From contig JBKBLB010000001.1 of the NCBI GenBank assembly GCA_046296495.1, positions 69,740 to 133,739 on the forward strand: a DNA stretch of 64,000 bases, given 5' to 3'. This document shows, in pieces, positions 19,387-29,586 of the stretch (positions within the stretch are counted from its first letter, which is position 1; each line of letters opens with the position of its first letter). A program made the position numbers and the translations under genes. Source of the stretch: Bacteroidia bacterium. GTDB taxonomy: Bacteria; Bacteroidota; Bacteroidia; UKL13-3. The notes under the pieces were generated by a model. That model made no database searches and was not told where the DNA came from. It saw only the letters and a program-made list of their open reading frames with translations.

Positions 19387-20943
19387 TTGAGTTACGATTT
19401 ATATATACACAACAACGCTCAGGGCTGGGTTACAATTGCATTGCTTAAAAACGGCAAGCTTATTGAATTACATACAGGAAAAACCGATAATCAATATCAG
19501 GTTGGCGATGTATATCTGGGCACAGTAGGCAAAATTATGCCTGGACTTAATGCTGCTTTTGTAGATGTTGGCTACGAAAAAGATGCCTTTTTGCATTATT
19601 TTGATTTAGGGCCTCAGGTTCGATCACTTCAAAAATTTACCAGAATTATAAAAAGTAACCGACCTGCAAAGCCTTTTATTGGAGAAGGTGTTATTGAACC
19701 CGATATTGAAAAAAGCGGAAAAATTACCGAAGTACTAAAGCGTACCCAACAAATTTTGGTTCAGGTAACAAAAGAACCAATTGGTAACAAAGGCCCAAGG
19801 CTTACTTGCCAATTATCGTTTCCCGGGCGTTATGTTGTGTTAATTCCTTTTTCAGATGGAATTAATATTTCTAAAAAAATTGCACGGCAAGACGAACGTA
19901 AACGCTTAAAAGAAATAGTAAAACAATTTATTCCCGAGCATTTTGGTATTATAGTAAGAACCGTAGCCGAAAACCAAACCCAGGAAGAATTACAAAACGA
20001 CCTAAACGAACTGCTTGATAAATGGTATGGCATGTTGGAAAACCTTAAAGTTGCCGAGCCTCCTTTAAAACTTTTTGGTGAAAACGACCGCGCACTTAGC
20101 CTTATTAGGGATATAGTAAACGATAATTTTGACAGTATTGTTGTTGATGATAGTTTTATTCATTCGCAGGTTTCATCTTATTTAAAGGCAAAAAGCGTTG
20201 GATTGGAAAAAATTGTAAAACTGCATCAGGGTAAGTTACCCATGTTTGAACACTATGGCATTGAAAAGCAAATAAAAAGCAGCTTTGGTAGAGAGGTAAA
20301 TTTTTCGGGTGGAAGTTACTTAATAATTGAACATACCGAAGCTTTACATGTAATTGATGTAAACAGCGGTAATATAGCTCATACATCGGGCAACCAGGAA
20401 GAAAATGCGCTAAAAGTAAACTTAGAAGCAGCTGAAGAAATTGCACGCCAGCTTAGGCTTAGAGATATGGGAGGTATTATTGTGGTTGATTTTATTGATC
20501 TGAAAACAGCAGGCAATAAAAAACTTGTTTACGAAGCATTAAAAGAGCAAATGAAACAAGACCGCGCCAAACACAAAATTTTACCCATGAGCCAGTTTGG
20601 GCTTATACAAATTACTCGTCAACGTGTAAGGCCCGAAATTGCTGTGATTACTAACGAAAAATGCCCTTCGTGTGGTGGAAGCGGAGAAATACAAAGCAGC
20701 GTTTCTATTGTTCACGAAATTGAAACCAGATTGGATTATTTAATAAGCAATTTAAATCTTAAAGGCATAACCATACAAGTTCATCCTTATATAGCCGCTT
20801 ATTTAAAACAAGGCTTTTTGCGATCAATTAGAATGAAATGGCTTTTTAAATACAAGCAATTTATAAAAATAGTTCCGCGAACTTCGTTTCATTTGGTTGA
20901 TTACCGATTTATAAATAAACTCGGAGAAGAAGTGGTGTTGTAA
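19387..20943 (+). CDS. Rne/Rng family ribonuclease (RNase G/E)
   Basis: AAFVDVG..KDAFLH, VQVTKEP..KGPRLT, EHTEALHVIDVNSG, RLRDMGGIIVVDFID and CPSCGG.G; TTG start. Confidence 0.95.
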   Translation: MSYDLYIHNNAQGWVTIALLKNGKLIELHTGKTDNQYQVGDVYLGTVGKIMPGLNAAFVDVGYEKDAFLHYFDLGPQVRSLQKFTRIIKSNRPAKPFIGEGVIEPDIEKSGKITEVLKRTQQILVQVTKEPIGNKGPRLTCQLSFPGRYVVLIPFSDGINISKKIARQDERKRLKEIVKQFIPEHFGIIVRTVAENQTQEELQNDLNELLDKWYGMLENLKVAEPPLKLFGENDRALSLIRDIVNDNFDSIVVDDSFIHSQVSSYLKAKSVGLEKIVKLHQGKLPMFEHYGIEKQIKSSFGREVNFSGGSYLIIEHTEALHVIDVNSGNIAHTSGNQEENALKVNLEAAEEIARQLRLRDMGGIIVVDFIDLKTAGNKKLVYEALKEQMKQDRAKHKILPMSQFGLIQITRQRVRPEIAVITNEKCPSCGGSGEIQSSVSIVHEIETRLDYLISNLNLKGITIQVHPYIAAYLKQGFLRSIRMKWLFKYKQFIKIVPRTSFHLVDYRFINKLGEEVVL

Positions 20944-20972
20944 CCTTCAACTTTCAAAAAAAATAAATAAAC

Positions 20973-21012
20973 AAAAAAGGCTGCCCAAATAATATGAAGG
21001 GCAGCCTTTTTT
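20973..21012. terminator. Bidirectional intrinsic terminator
   Basis: AAAAAAGGCTGCCC-n12-GGGCAGCCTTTTTT between convergent genes. Confidence 0.9.
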
Positions 21013-21033
21013 ATAATGGTAATATTAAAATAC

Positions 21034-24000
21034 TTAATTCACCTGAACTTTGTGTGTATAAACTTTGTCGCTGGTGGTTACTTTTAACATATAAACACCT
21101 TTGCTTATTCCTTCAAGGCTTACAGATTGCTGAGCAGTTGTTTTAATATCAAGTATTCTTGAGAAAATTTCTTTGCCCTGCATATCAATTAGCGAAGCTG
21201 TAATATTTTCTGACATTGAGTTTACCAATCTAAAGTTTAACACATCGTGAGCAGGATTAGGATATACACTCATGATGGTACTGATATTAATTACTTCATT
21301 TACGTTGTTTGCCTGCAATACATTTATTACCCTAATTACCTCCTCTGATTCATTGCCAGAAAGGTCGGTTACACGGTACTTAACAGCAAATAAACCCGGA
21401 TAATCGCCAAATGGATTGCCTTGTGCATTTAAAGGCAATGTATTTACTGTAATTAATCTTGGTCTTAAGTCAGCTTCGGTATCATAATTATCAATCAGGC
21501 TAACTCCCGGATCAACAAACTCGCGCCAACGTGGTAAGTTAAATGGTGTACTGCCAATTATTTGAATGGTTGGAGCTTGTCTGTCAACCACTGTTACAAT
21601 TCTACTAATGCTGTCTTTATTACCCGATGGGTCGGTAGCAACATACCACAATGTGTAAGTTCCAAGTTTTGATGTGTTTACATTTCCACGAACCTGAACC
21701 AAAATGGTATTAACAGGCCAGTAGTTATCTGTTACGTTTACACCCGGGTCGGTAAATGGCTCAAACACATCCCAGGTCATATCAGCCAAGCCTCTAAGTG
21801 TAATAGCAGGTGCAACTCGGTCAATAACCACTACATTTACAAATACTTCGTTGGCAATATTGCCTCGTGGGTCGCGGGCGCGGTATCTTAAAATATAAGT
21901 ACCTTGATTATTTACGTCAACAGTTCCTGCAACTTCAATATCTAAATTTTGTAAAGGCCAGTAATTATCTGTAATGCTAACAGCATCCAATATATCGAAA
22001 ACCCTGCCTATTTGATGTTCGTAGTAGTTTTGACCCTGAGCATAACGAGGGCTTATTACAGGGCGAGTAGTATCGCCAACATTTACAAGCCTGTTAACGG
22101 TTTGGCTCAAGCCAAAAGCATCTATAACCCTATAACGTAAAGTATAACTTCCTAACGAAGCAGTATCTACAAATCCGCTAACAATTACCTGATTGCTTAT
22201 ATCATTGTTTGCATTATCTCTGGCAACCCAACCCGGTTCAACAAATTTGTTGTAAACTTCAACATATTGTATGCTTGAACCATTTAAAGTTATGGTAGGG
22301 CCTGTTTGGTTCAATACAACAAAAACGGTACGGTAAACAGTATCACTAACATTTCCGTATAAGTCTCTTACAATATATTTTAATTGATTTGGCCCAACAG
22401 TGTTTACATTAACACTGCCAAAAACCTCCATTTTATGGCTAATATTACCTTCAATGTTATCAATAGCTGTAATGCCGGGCTCTATATAAGGTTTGTTTAT
22501 TTCGGTATTCATTACGGCTGCACCGTTTAATGCAATGATAGGTCTTACCGTATCTTGTGGGAAAGAAATATTATAATCTCTAAATACACCTAAAAAGGCA
22601 AGTGCCGGATTTAATGCAGTTCCTGCAAGTGTAACTCCCACACGCATTCTGGTAGTTCCCAATCTTTGGGTTGGAGAAACAACAACTGTATCGGTTCTAC
22701 TAATGGCTGTGCTGCCGGTTTCGTTCATTATTAGTTCATTATTATCAAAATTACCATCCATGTTAAAGTCAATCCACACTTTCCTGTCCATTGGAGCAGT
22801 ATTGCCCGGCCTTACAACGGTAACTGCATGTTTGCTGCCTCTATACATTTGGCCCAATTGAGTGCCTTGCACAAATTGATAATCAGGAGTAAATGCATTT
22901 GTTGCGGTATCAATACCTGTTTGAACAATTACACGGCTGATACCAATACTACCATCGGCCTGATTGATAGGTGTGATGCTGATTGGAATATCGTAAGCAC
23001 CAATATTAATGTAGTTTACTTCGGTAATACTATCAGCACCAATTGCGTTGCGTACAACTAATTTTACAGTATAGCGTGTACGTTGAGTAAACCTCACATC
23101 AGGGAATTGCGAGTTAGGACCAGTACCGTTTAAGTATTGAATACTTCCCGGAGTAAAACTCCATGTCCATTGTGCCGGACCGTTTAAACTAATATCTTTG
23201 AAGTAAAAAGTATCAATATTAAAACCAATTGTTTTGTCAACCGAAAAGCGTGCAACCGGTTTTTGTGTGGTTGGTAAAAATACAACAGCCTTGCAAACTG
23301 TATCGCTGCCAACGCAATTGTAAGCTACATAACAAATATTTCGAACCTGTGGAGTTGTTATAAAAAATGAGCGAATAAATTGACCTCTTGTAGAGTCAAA
23401 AATTCCGTTACCATCGCTATCCCAGCTATGTTCTATTAATGAGCCGATAGCCCTGCTTCTGAATGTTACAGGCATATTGCTGTATATGGTATCAGGAATA
23501 TCGAATCGTGCAATTGGTTTAGGATATGTTGGCGGCAATATATCCCAACGAATATTAAATCCTGCACTGTCATAAGGATTTGGTACAGTACCTGTTCCAG
23601 GTACAATTCTTACATGTGCAACCCTGCCAACCCTAATTCCGTTGCGAAACTGAACCGGAATGTTTTGTAATCCGTTTCCGCCAATGCGAGCAACCAATGG
23701 AGCTGCCGGATTGTTGCCGTTTCTTATCTCCAGGCTATCGGTAGGAAGCATTTTAATACGTTCTACATAAAATGTAATACTATCGGCACATGGAGCAATT
23801 ACAATACCTGTACAGCCGGTTAATTGAGAGCGTGTATAACTTAAACCAGGGCCTGCCGGGCCAAATAAATAACCTTCGTTATCGGTTGTAAATGTTGCAC
23901 CACTACCACTACAAATGCTGTAACTGTTGAGTACCTCCATGTAATTTGGTTTACACACACTATCCCAACCTCGGGCATTCCATGTTTGTAAGCAAACTGT

Positions 24001-25224
24001 GTATTTTCCGGGGTCTCCACCAAAAAACAGTGGGTTCTGATCGGTTGGGCCGGCAAAAAAGTTATTGAAAAATGGGTTAACCTGACACTTGTTGCAAGGT
24101 GGGTCAAAACTCCACAACCACTGGTTTGGCCCATAAGAAGATAAGTCGAGCATATTGGCAAAATCTCCAAAACCAACTTTACGTTTAAAACTTATAAAAT
24201 CTGTTTTAGGTACACGGCTTGGCGTATCTACAAATACAAATCGTACAACGCTGTCGCGTAAACTATCAATTTTTAAATAATTAACTGCCAATAACCTAAC
24301 CGGATGAAAGCCTCTTTGATTAAAAGTGTAGGTAAATGTACGGTTATATTTAAGTGTATCAATGTATTGTTGGGTGGTAAAAGGTAAACTTTGTCTAAAA
24401 TACCCAAATGGCAGGTTTGTAACGTTTGGTAAATCCCAGTATGTGCGAGAAGCATTTTGGCTTGTACTTACCAATGTGTAAGGGCTATTTAGCCAAATTG
24501 TATCAATTGGGGTTGACAAAGTATTAGGTTGACTTGGAAAAAAGTTTGCTATTGGTGGTAGAGTTGGGCCGCCAGTTGATGTGTAAGTAAAACGCATTAT
24601 TGGCCTTCTATTACTTACTAAGGGTGTTAAGGTAGTATTACAATAACTTCCCGAACCATCTGCCCACCTATAACCTGCTTGATTTAAATTTGTGGTCATA
24701 GTAGCAACATCTGGACTCCAAGAATAACAAGCGGAACTAAATGTAGAGTTGTCATGACACATATCAACTAATAAATTTGATGAGCCATCCCATGCAAATT
24801 GTGTAGAAAAGTTATGCTGTGTCCATCCAGTAGTATTTACAACAAAAGTTATTGGACCAAAAACAGTTGTAAAGCCAGAATTATCAAATGGATTTGTACC
24901 AGAAATTTCAGACACATTTGTATTTTTTAAACGAATTGTAAAATTTAAGTGTTCGCCAGAAGATGGACAAGTACCACCAGTTGTAAGTGCTAAAATATTA
25001 AAACCAATTGACGTTATGTTTATTTGGCCGCCAAAACCTAATGCAGCTTGAAGTTCACTAGCTGTTATCAAGAATTGAACTCTATTAGTAGTATACCAAG
25101 CTCCATAAGGATTAAATGTCCCATTGGCTCCTGTTGAATTTTGTTGCGTTCCAATAGTTATTGTTTGAGAATAAGAAATTTTAGCAAACAAAATAATAAA
25201 TGTAATGTAAAAAACTTTTTTCAT
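21034..25224 (-). CDS. Large T9SS surface protein: N-terminal domain, PKD-like domains, CUB-like domain, GEVED-like domain, five DUF5011-type Ig repeats, CTD
   Basis: PKD-like D.S..GP.QW.WSF.P; VWIDFNMDGNF...TRMRV; repeated D...P.I.L.G...DPG....DN units; CTD VYPNPA...KGVYMLKV. Confidence 0.8.
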   Translation of the reverse strand: MKKVFYITFIILFAKISYSQTITIGTQQNSTGANGTFNPYGAWYTTNRVQFLITASELQAALGFGGQINITSIGFNILALTTGGTCPSSGEHLNFTIRLKNTNVSEISGTNPFDNSGFTTVFGPITFVVNTTGWTQHNFSTQFAWDGSSNLLVDMCHDNSTFSSACYSWSPDVATMTTNLNQAGYRWADGSGSYCNTTLTPLVSNRRPIMRFTYTSTGGPTLPPIANFFPSQPNTLSTPIDTIWLNSPYTLVSTSQNASRTYWDLPNVTNLPFGYFRQSLPFTTQQYIDTLKYNRTFTYTFNQRGFHPVRLLAVNYLKIDSLRDSVVRFVFVDTPSRVPKTDFISFKRKVGFGDFANMLDLSSYGPNQWLWSFDPPCNKCQVNPFFNNFFAGPTDQNPLFFGGDPGKYTVCLQTWNARGWDSVCKPNYMEVLNSYSICSGSGATFTTDNEGYLFGPAGPGLSYTRSQLTGCTGIVIAPCADSITFYVERIKMLPTDSLEIRNGNNPAAPLVARIGGNGLQNIPVQFRNGIRVGRVAHVRIVPGTGTVPNPYDSAGFNIRWDILPPTYPKPIARFDIPDTIYSNMPVTFRSRAIGSLIEHSWDSDGNGIFDSTRGQFIRSFFITTPQVRNICYVAYNCVGSDTVCKAVVFLPTTQKPVARFSVDKTIGFNIDTFYFKDISLNGPAQWTWSFTPGSIQYLNGTGPNSQFPDVRFTQRTRYTVKLVVRNAIGADSITEVNYINIGAYDIPISITPINQADGSIGISRVIVQTGIDTATNAFTPDYQFVQGTQLGQMYRGSKHAVTVVRPGNTAPMDRKVWIDFNMDGNFDNNELIMNETGSTAISRTDTVVVSPTQRLGTTRMRVGVTLAGTALNPALAFLGVFRDYNISFPQDTVRPIIALNGAAVMNTEINKPYIEPGITAIDNIEGNISHKMEVFGSVNVNTVGPNQLKYIVRDLYGNVSDTVYRTVFVVLNQTGPTITLNGSSIQYVEVYNKFVEPGWVARDNANNDISNQVIVSGFVDTASLGSYTLRYRVIDAFGLSQTVNRLVNVGDTTRPVISPRYAQGQNYYEHQIGRVFDILDAVSITDNYWPLQNLDIEVAGTVDVNNQGTYILRYRARDPRGNIANEVFVNVVVIDRVAPAITLRGLADMTWDVFEPFTDPGVNVTDNYWPVNTILVQVRGNVNTSKLGTYTLWYVATDPSGNKDSISRIVTVVDRQAPTIQIIGSTPFNLPRWREFVDPGVSLIDNYDTEADLRPRLITVNTLPLNAQGNPFGDYPGLFAVKYRVTDLSGNESEEVIRVINVLQANNVNEVINISTIMSVYPNPAHDVLNFRLVNSMSENITASLIDMQGKEIFSRILDIKTTAQQSVSLEGISKGVYMLKVTTSDKVYTHKVQVN

Positions 25225-25243
25225 AATTATGTTATTTTAATAT

Positions 25244-26953
25244 TTAAATAAATTCTCCTTTATCGTTTGAAATTATGTAAAAACCAGATTCTAAAGAACT
25301 AATGATGTAATCAATTTCATTAAATTTAATATTTATATAAATTAATCTTCCTAATAAATTATTTATCGAGTATAAATTGTTTTTATCATAAAAATTATTT
25401 AAATTCTTATTTATTTTAATTTCTTCTAAATTATTAAATTGATTTTTATGAAATGAATTTACTCTGTCACATAATACACTATAATCAGTAATATGAGTAA
25501 TAATATCAATATTCTTGTATTCATCATAAGTAACTATATTTGGAATAATATTGTTGGTTAGAATTGATGTCGATTGTAAATCAATCAAAACAGAATCAAT
25601 TAAATAATCATTAAAGTCACAGTGTTGTAGAAATCTAAAATTTAAATATAAACCTTGTCCTGAATTATTAATATCATTTGTACCACCTAATATTGTAATA
25701 TTTGGAAAATTCTTTAATGAAATTGCTTTTGGATATTTATCATAAAAACTTGATTTATAAAATTTATTTATAAAATTAAAATTTTGATCTGTTTGAATAA
25801 CTCTTAAATCAATTTGTTTTGAATTATATGGATGATTGCCATCATAAATTGCAGTAGCAATATAAAAATCGTTAGTAGAAGTTAAATTCATCCTAAAATC
25901 TATTCCTTCTTCAATATATGGTGAAATTAAACTTGGATCATAATAAACATTCCAATCTAAAACACTCCCATTATTATCTAATTCAGCAATATAGGGGCAT
26001 GCAACACCAATTAGATATTCTACACTACCTGTAATGTAATAACCTCCAATCTTTTTTCTAACTTTAGTTGTTGAAGTTCCTTCGTGAATAGTTGGTAAAC
26101 CAAAAAAAGGTACAGGTCTTGTAAAAATTTTTAAATCAGTTATTGCTAAATTTGATAAGTTTAATTTAGCAAAAAAACCATATCTGTGATCAAAATTAGA
26201 GCTTATAAAATTAATTCTATCAATATTTCCAACTATTATTAATTCATTATCTGTTTCATTGTATATAAAGTCTTTAGGTAGCAAGAATTCTAATGAAGGA
26301 TTTGATACTAAATTGTTGTTGAAAATGTAAAAATTAAAACTTAGCAGATTTAAATTATTATCAAATAATGCTACAAAAATTTTTCTATCTAATTGTAAAT
26401 TTGTTTCATTTAAATAACCAATTAATACAATTGTGTCATTATTAATCTTTTTTATTTTGGTTAATTGGTATTTCAGTATATTTGTTGTGTTACAAATTAA
26501 TAAATTAGTTTTAGAGAAACTTCCAACTGTTGAGTTAAATTCAGTTAAATAAATTGATAAGTCATTTTGATTCTTTATTGTTCCTGCAATTATATAGTTA
26601 ATAGTATTATATATTTCGCATACTACTTCTGCTTTTTGTGTGTTACTTATTGATTGACCTGTTAAATTATCAATAAGTTCAAAGAAGAAATTATTGTCTT
26701 GAATTGAATTAAATGTTATTTCCCCATTATTATTTAAGTTTTTAAAATAACTGTATATTACACTATTATTTTTTAAAGCACCAACTGAAGTGTATGGTTT
26801 ATTATTGTTATTTGGATTAAAATTTGAATAGTTTATTTCAGAATTAACATAAGTGAAATTATATAATATCTCAGTGTTTATATTTTGAGATAAAGTCAAA
26901 TCAATGCAAAATAAATTTATAACAATCAATAATATAATATATATTTTTTTCAT
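25244..26953 (-). CDS. Very AT-rich secreted hypothetical protein (beta-propeller-like) with degenerate T9SS CTD
   Basis: Signal peptide; Asn/Ile/Phe-rich; repeated Y.I.G-type blades; tail YSINNLLGRLI...LESGFYII. Confidence 0.65.
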   Translation of the reverse strand: MKKIYIILLIVINLFCIDLTLSQNINTEILYNFTYVNSEINYSNFNPNNNNKPYTSVGALKNNSVIYSYFKNLNNNGEITFNSIQDNNFFFELIDNLTGQSISNTQKAEVVCEIYNTINYIIAGTIKNQNDLSIYLTEFNSTVGSFSKTNLLICNTTNILKYQLTKIKKINNDTIVLIGYLNETNLQLDRKIFVALFDNNLNLLSFNFYIFNNNLVSNPSLEFLLPKDFIYNETDNELIIVGNIDRINFISSNFDHRYGFFAKLNLSNLAITDLKIFTRPVPFFGLPTIHEGTSTTKVRKKIGGYYITGSVEYLIGVACPYIAELDNNGSVLDWNVYYDPSLISPYIEEGIDFRMNLTSTNDFYIATAIYDGNHPYNSKQIDLRVIQTDQNFNFINKFYKSSFYDKYPKAISLKNFPNITILGGTNDINNSGQGLYLNFRFLQHCDFNDYLIDSVLIDLQSTSILTNNIIPNIVTYDEYKNIDIITHITDYSVLCDRVNSFHKNQFNNLEEIKINKNLNNFYDKNNLYSINNLLGRLIYINIKFNEIDYIISSLESGFYIISNDKGEFI

Positions 26954-27006
26954 AAATGTTTATATCATTATTTCAAACATAAATTAAAAAAATTTAATTT
27001 CAATAA

Positions 27007-28119
27007 TTATGGGTGTAAAAATTCCGCGTTTTTAATAAAACTGCTATCAGTCAAGGTTTTAAGGAATGCAATCAAATCGCGTTTTTCTATAGGGTTTAGG
27101 TTTACGCCACCTTCTCTAATATGTTTTGCAATATTTGGGTCAATTGTTGGCGAATTTTGTATGCCTTCACTGTAAAAATCAACAACTTCTTCTAAGGTAT
27201 TAAAGCGACCATCGTGCATGTAGGGGGCTGTAAATACCAAATTTCTCAGGCTTGGTGTTTTAAATTTTCCCAAATCGGCCGGGTTGCCTGTAATTCTAAA
27301 TAGCCCACTGTCGTTAAACACGCGTTGTAGGCCGTTGTTTTTAAAGTTAAAATCGGTAAAATAAGGGCTTTTATCATTACCGTGGCAATGAAAACAATCG
27401 CCTTTGCTTTCTTGCATAAAAATAAACATACCGCTAAATTCTTCGGGGGTAAGCTGTGCTTCGCCTCTGGTATATTTATCGTATTTAGAATTTGTTGAAA
27501 CCAATGTACGTTCAAAAGCAGCAATGGCTTTAGCAAGGTTTGATGTGGTTATGCTGTCGCTGCCAAAAGCTCTTTTAAACAATTTTGGATAGAGGTTGTG
27601 TTTTTGCAAAGTATTTATGGCATTTTGCAAAGTATTGGCCATTTCTAACGGGTTTACAATTGGTGCAAGCGCTTGTCTTTCCAAATCGTTGGCCCCGCCA
27701 TCCCAAAAGTATCTGTGCGGGGTCTCGGCAAATGCATCAGCCCATGCCAGGTTAAATAATGGCATTGCATTGCGTGTAACAACTTTGCCATTTACGCCTA
27801 CACTAAATCTGCGCCCATCTGTAAATGCTTTTTGAGGATCATGGCAACTGGCGCAACTTATTGTGTTATCAACCGATAAAATAGGGTCAAAAAAAAGTTT
27901 TTTACCCAGTTCAACTTTAGCTTTGGTTAAAGGATTATCGTTGGGTACAGGAAACATACTCCAGCCGCCACGTGAGGGTAAGTTTACAAAGTAGGGTGTA
28001 GGGTCATAATCGTATAAGCCATTATCATTATTATTGTTTTGGTTATTTACTTCAACATCTTTTTTACAGGCAAAAAACCAAACAAAAAGTGTAAATAGTA
28101 TTATAACAAATTTTTTCAT
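27007..28119 (-). CDS. Di-heme cytochrome c peroxidase family lipoprotein (MbnH/MauG-like)
   Basis: Two CxxCH motifs (CASCH, CFHCH), LGKKLFFD, FWDG and FKTPSLRN...APYMHDG; lipobox FAC. Confidence 0.92.
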   Translation of the reverse strand: MKKFVIILFTLFVWFFACKKDVEVNNQNNNNDNGLYDYDPTPYFVNLPSRGGWSMFPVPNDNPLTKAKVELGKKLFFDPILSVDNTISCASCHDPQKAFTDGRRFSVGVNGKVVTRNAMPLFNLAWADAFAETPHRYFWDGGANDLERQALAPIVNPLEMANTLQNAINTLQKHNLYPKLFKRAFGSDSITTSNLAKAIAAFERTLVSTNSKYDKYTRGEAQLTPEEFSGMFIFMQESKGDCFHCHGNDKSPYFTDFNFKNNGLQRVFNDSGLFRITGNPADLGKFKTPSLRNLVFTAPYMHDGRFNTLEEVVDFYSEGIQNSPTIDPNIAKHIREGGVNLNPIEKRDLIAFLKTLTDSSFIKNAEFLHP

Positions 28120-28123
28120 AAGT

Positions 28124-28912
28124 TTATGGGGTTATATCGGCAATCATTAAAACATCTGCAAGGTTATCTCTCATTATGGGTGCTGCCGGGCTTGTAGGCA
28201 TGTGCATTTGCATAGGGCGTATTTTAAAATCGTATGTTATGGGGTTTTTAAATACCTCGGAATAGTTAAGATTTAATGTTATGATGGGGTTTGTTGATTT
28301 TAACTTGTAATTGGCAATATTATGTTCAATTTTTATTTGGTTGCCATTGCCGCCTAAGTGTAATGAATAAACATCTCCTTTAGCAGTTCGGCCTTCTATC
28401 TGATAAAATATATATCCTGTATTCCAATCCCAAAACATACCAAGTGCCGGGTCTATTTCGCCTGAGCCTACTCTGGTTGAGTTTGTTAAACTATCAATAC
28501 CTATTAAGTATTTTATTTTATTATATATGCCGGGTTTTACATTGTTAATTTTAAAAGTTAAATTTCTGTTTACTTTAGGATTAATTAAATGATAACTTTT
28601 TAAGTTTTGCTCATTGCCGTTAGGTTCAACCAAGGTAATATTGCTTATATAATAGCGTAAGCGTTCAACATTAATGGTATCGCCACTTGCCATGGTGTAA
28701 TATACCGAATCAAATAAAAGTGGCTTACCATCATATTGGTGGTTTATTGAAATACTAATGCTTCCTTCTTTGTTTATTAATATTCCTGAAAAGTTTGTAA
28801 CTGTATCAAGCGGATTTGGTTTGCTTTTATCGGGTTGTTTTTGTTCGTTTGGTTTGCATGAAACCCAAGATAGCAAAATAAGAAATGTTGAAATAGCGTA
28901 GAAATTTTTCAT
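28124..28912 (-). CDS. MbnP family copper-binding lipoprotein
   Basis: Lipobox VSC, LRYYISNI.L, GIDS..N and GMFWDWNTGYIF (WxW motif); directly upstream of the di-heme enzyme. Confidence 0.85.
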   Translation of the reverse strand: MKNFYAISTFLILLSWVSCKPNEQKQPDKSKPNPLDTVTNFSGILINKEGSISISINHQYDGKPLLFDSVYYTMASGDTINVERLRYYISNITLVEPNGNEQNLKSYHLINPKVNRNLTFKINNVKPGIYNKIKYLIGIDSLTNSTRVGSGEIDPALGMFWDWNTGYIFYQIEGRTAKGDVYSLHLGGNGNQIKIEHNIANYKLKSTNPIITLNLNYSEVFKNPITYDFKIRPMQMHMPTSPAAPIMRDNLADVLMIADITP

Positions 28913-28982
28913 TTTTGCATTTAAATGATGTTAGCAAAATTAATAAATTATTAACTTAAAAATTTCTTAAAAATATTACAAT

Positions 28983-29474
28983 ATGCCAAGTTTTGACACC
29001 GTAAGTAAAATTGATTTGCAAAAAATTGACAATGCCGTTAATACGGCTATAAAAGAACTTGTAAACCGATATGATTTAAAAGATGCTGCTTGTAATATAG
29101 ATCTTGATAAAAAAAGTAAAATAATAAAACTTGAAGCCAATCAGGAAATGGCCATTAATACATTGGTTGATATAGTTTTAAGCAAATTTAGCAAGCAGCA
29201 AATTGATGTACGTACGCTTGATTTAAGTGATGAACCAAGACCTAGCGGTAAATTAGTGCTTAAAGACTTAAAAATTAAAGAAGGCCTTGATAAAGAAACA
29301 GCCAAAAAAATTGTAAACTTTATAAAAGGTTTAAACATAAAAGTGCAGGCCGCTATTCACGATGACCAGGTAAGGGTAACCGGTAAAAAAATTGACGATT
29401 TGCAGGAAGTAATATCGCATTTAAGGCAACAAGATTTTGAAGTACCGTTGCAGTTTGAGAATTTTAGAAGTTAA
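28983..29474 (+). CDS. yajQ: YajQ family nucleotide (c-di-GMP) binding protein
   Basis: MPSFD.VS, RYD.K and KVQAAI..DQVRVTGKKIDDLQ...PLQFENFR. Confidence 0.95.
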   Translation: MPSFDTVSKIDLQKIDNAVNTAIKELVNRYDLKDAACNIDLDKKSKIIKLEANQEMAINTLVDIVLSKFSKQQIDVRTLDLSDEPRPSGKLVLKDLKIKEGLDKETAKKIVNFIKGLNIKVQAAIHDDQVRVTGKKIDDLQEVISHLRQQDFEVPLQFENFRS

Positions 29475-29480
29475 TTGTTA

Positions 29481-29557
29481 GTTCGATGTATTTTGTTTGA
29501 GGTTCGAAGTAATTGGTTCGAAGTTCGAAGTATTTAGTTTGAAGTTCGAAGTTAGAA
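29481..29557. repeat. Degenerate heptamer array (GTTCGAA consensus) with 21-bp higher-order period
   Basis: gttcgat gtatttt gtttgag / gttcgaa gtaattg gttcgaa / gttcgaa gtattta gtttgaa / gttcgaa gttagaa. Confidence 0.85.
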
Positions 29558-29586
29558 TTATTTAAATTCACAACTCAAACTCATCA

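Noticed and set aside
29481-29557. CRISPR array
   Set aside because: Units are 7/21 bp with no unique spacers, and there are no cas genes.
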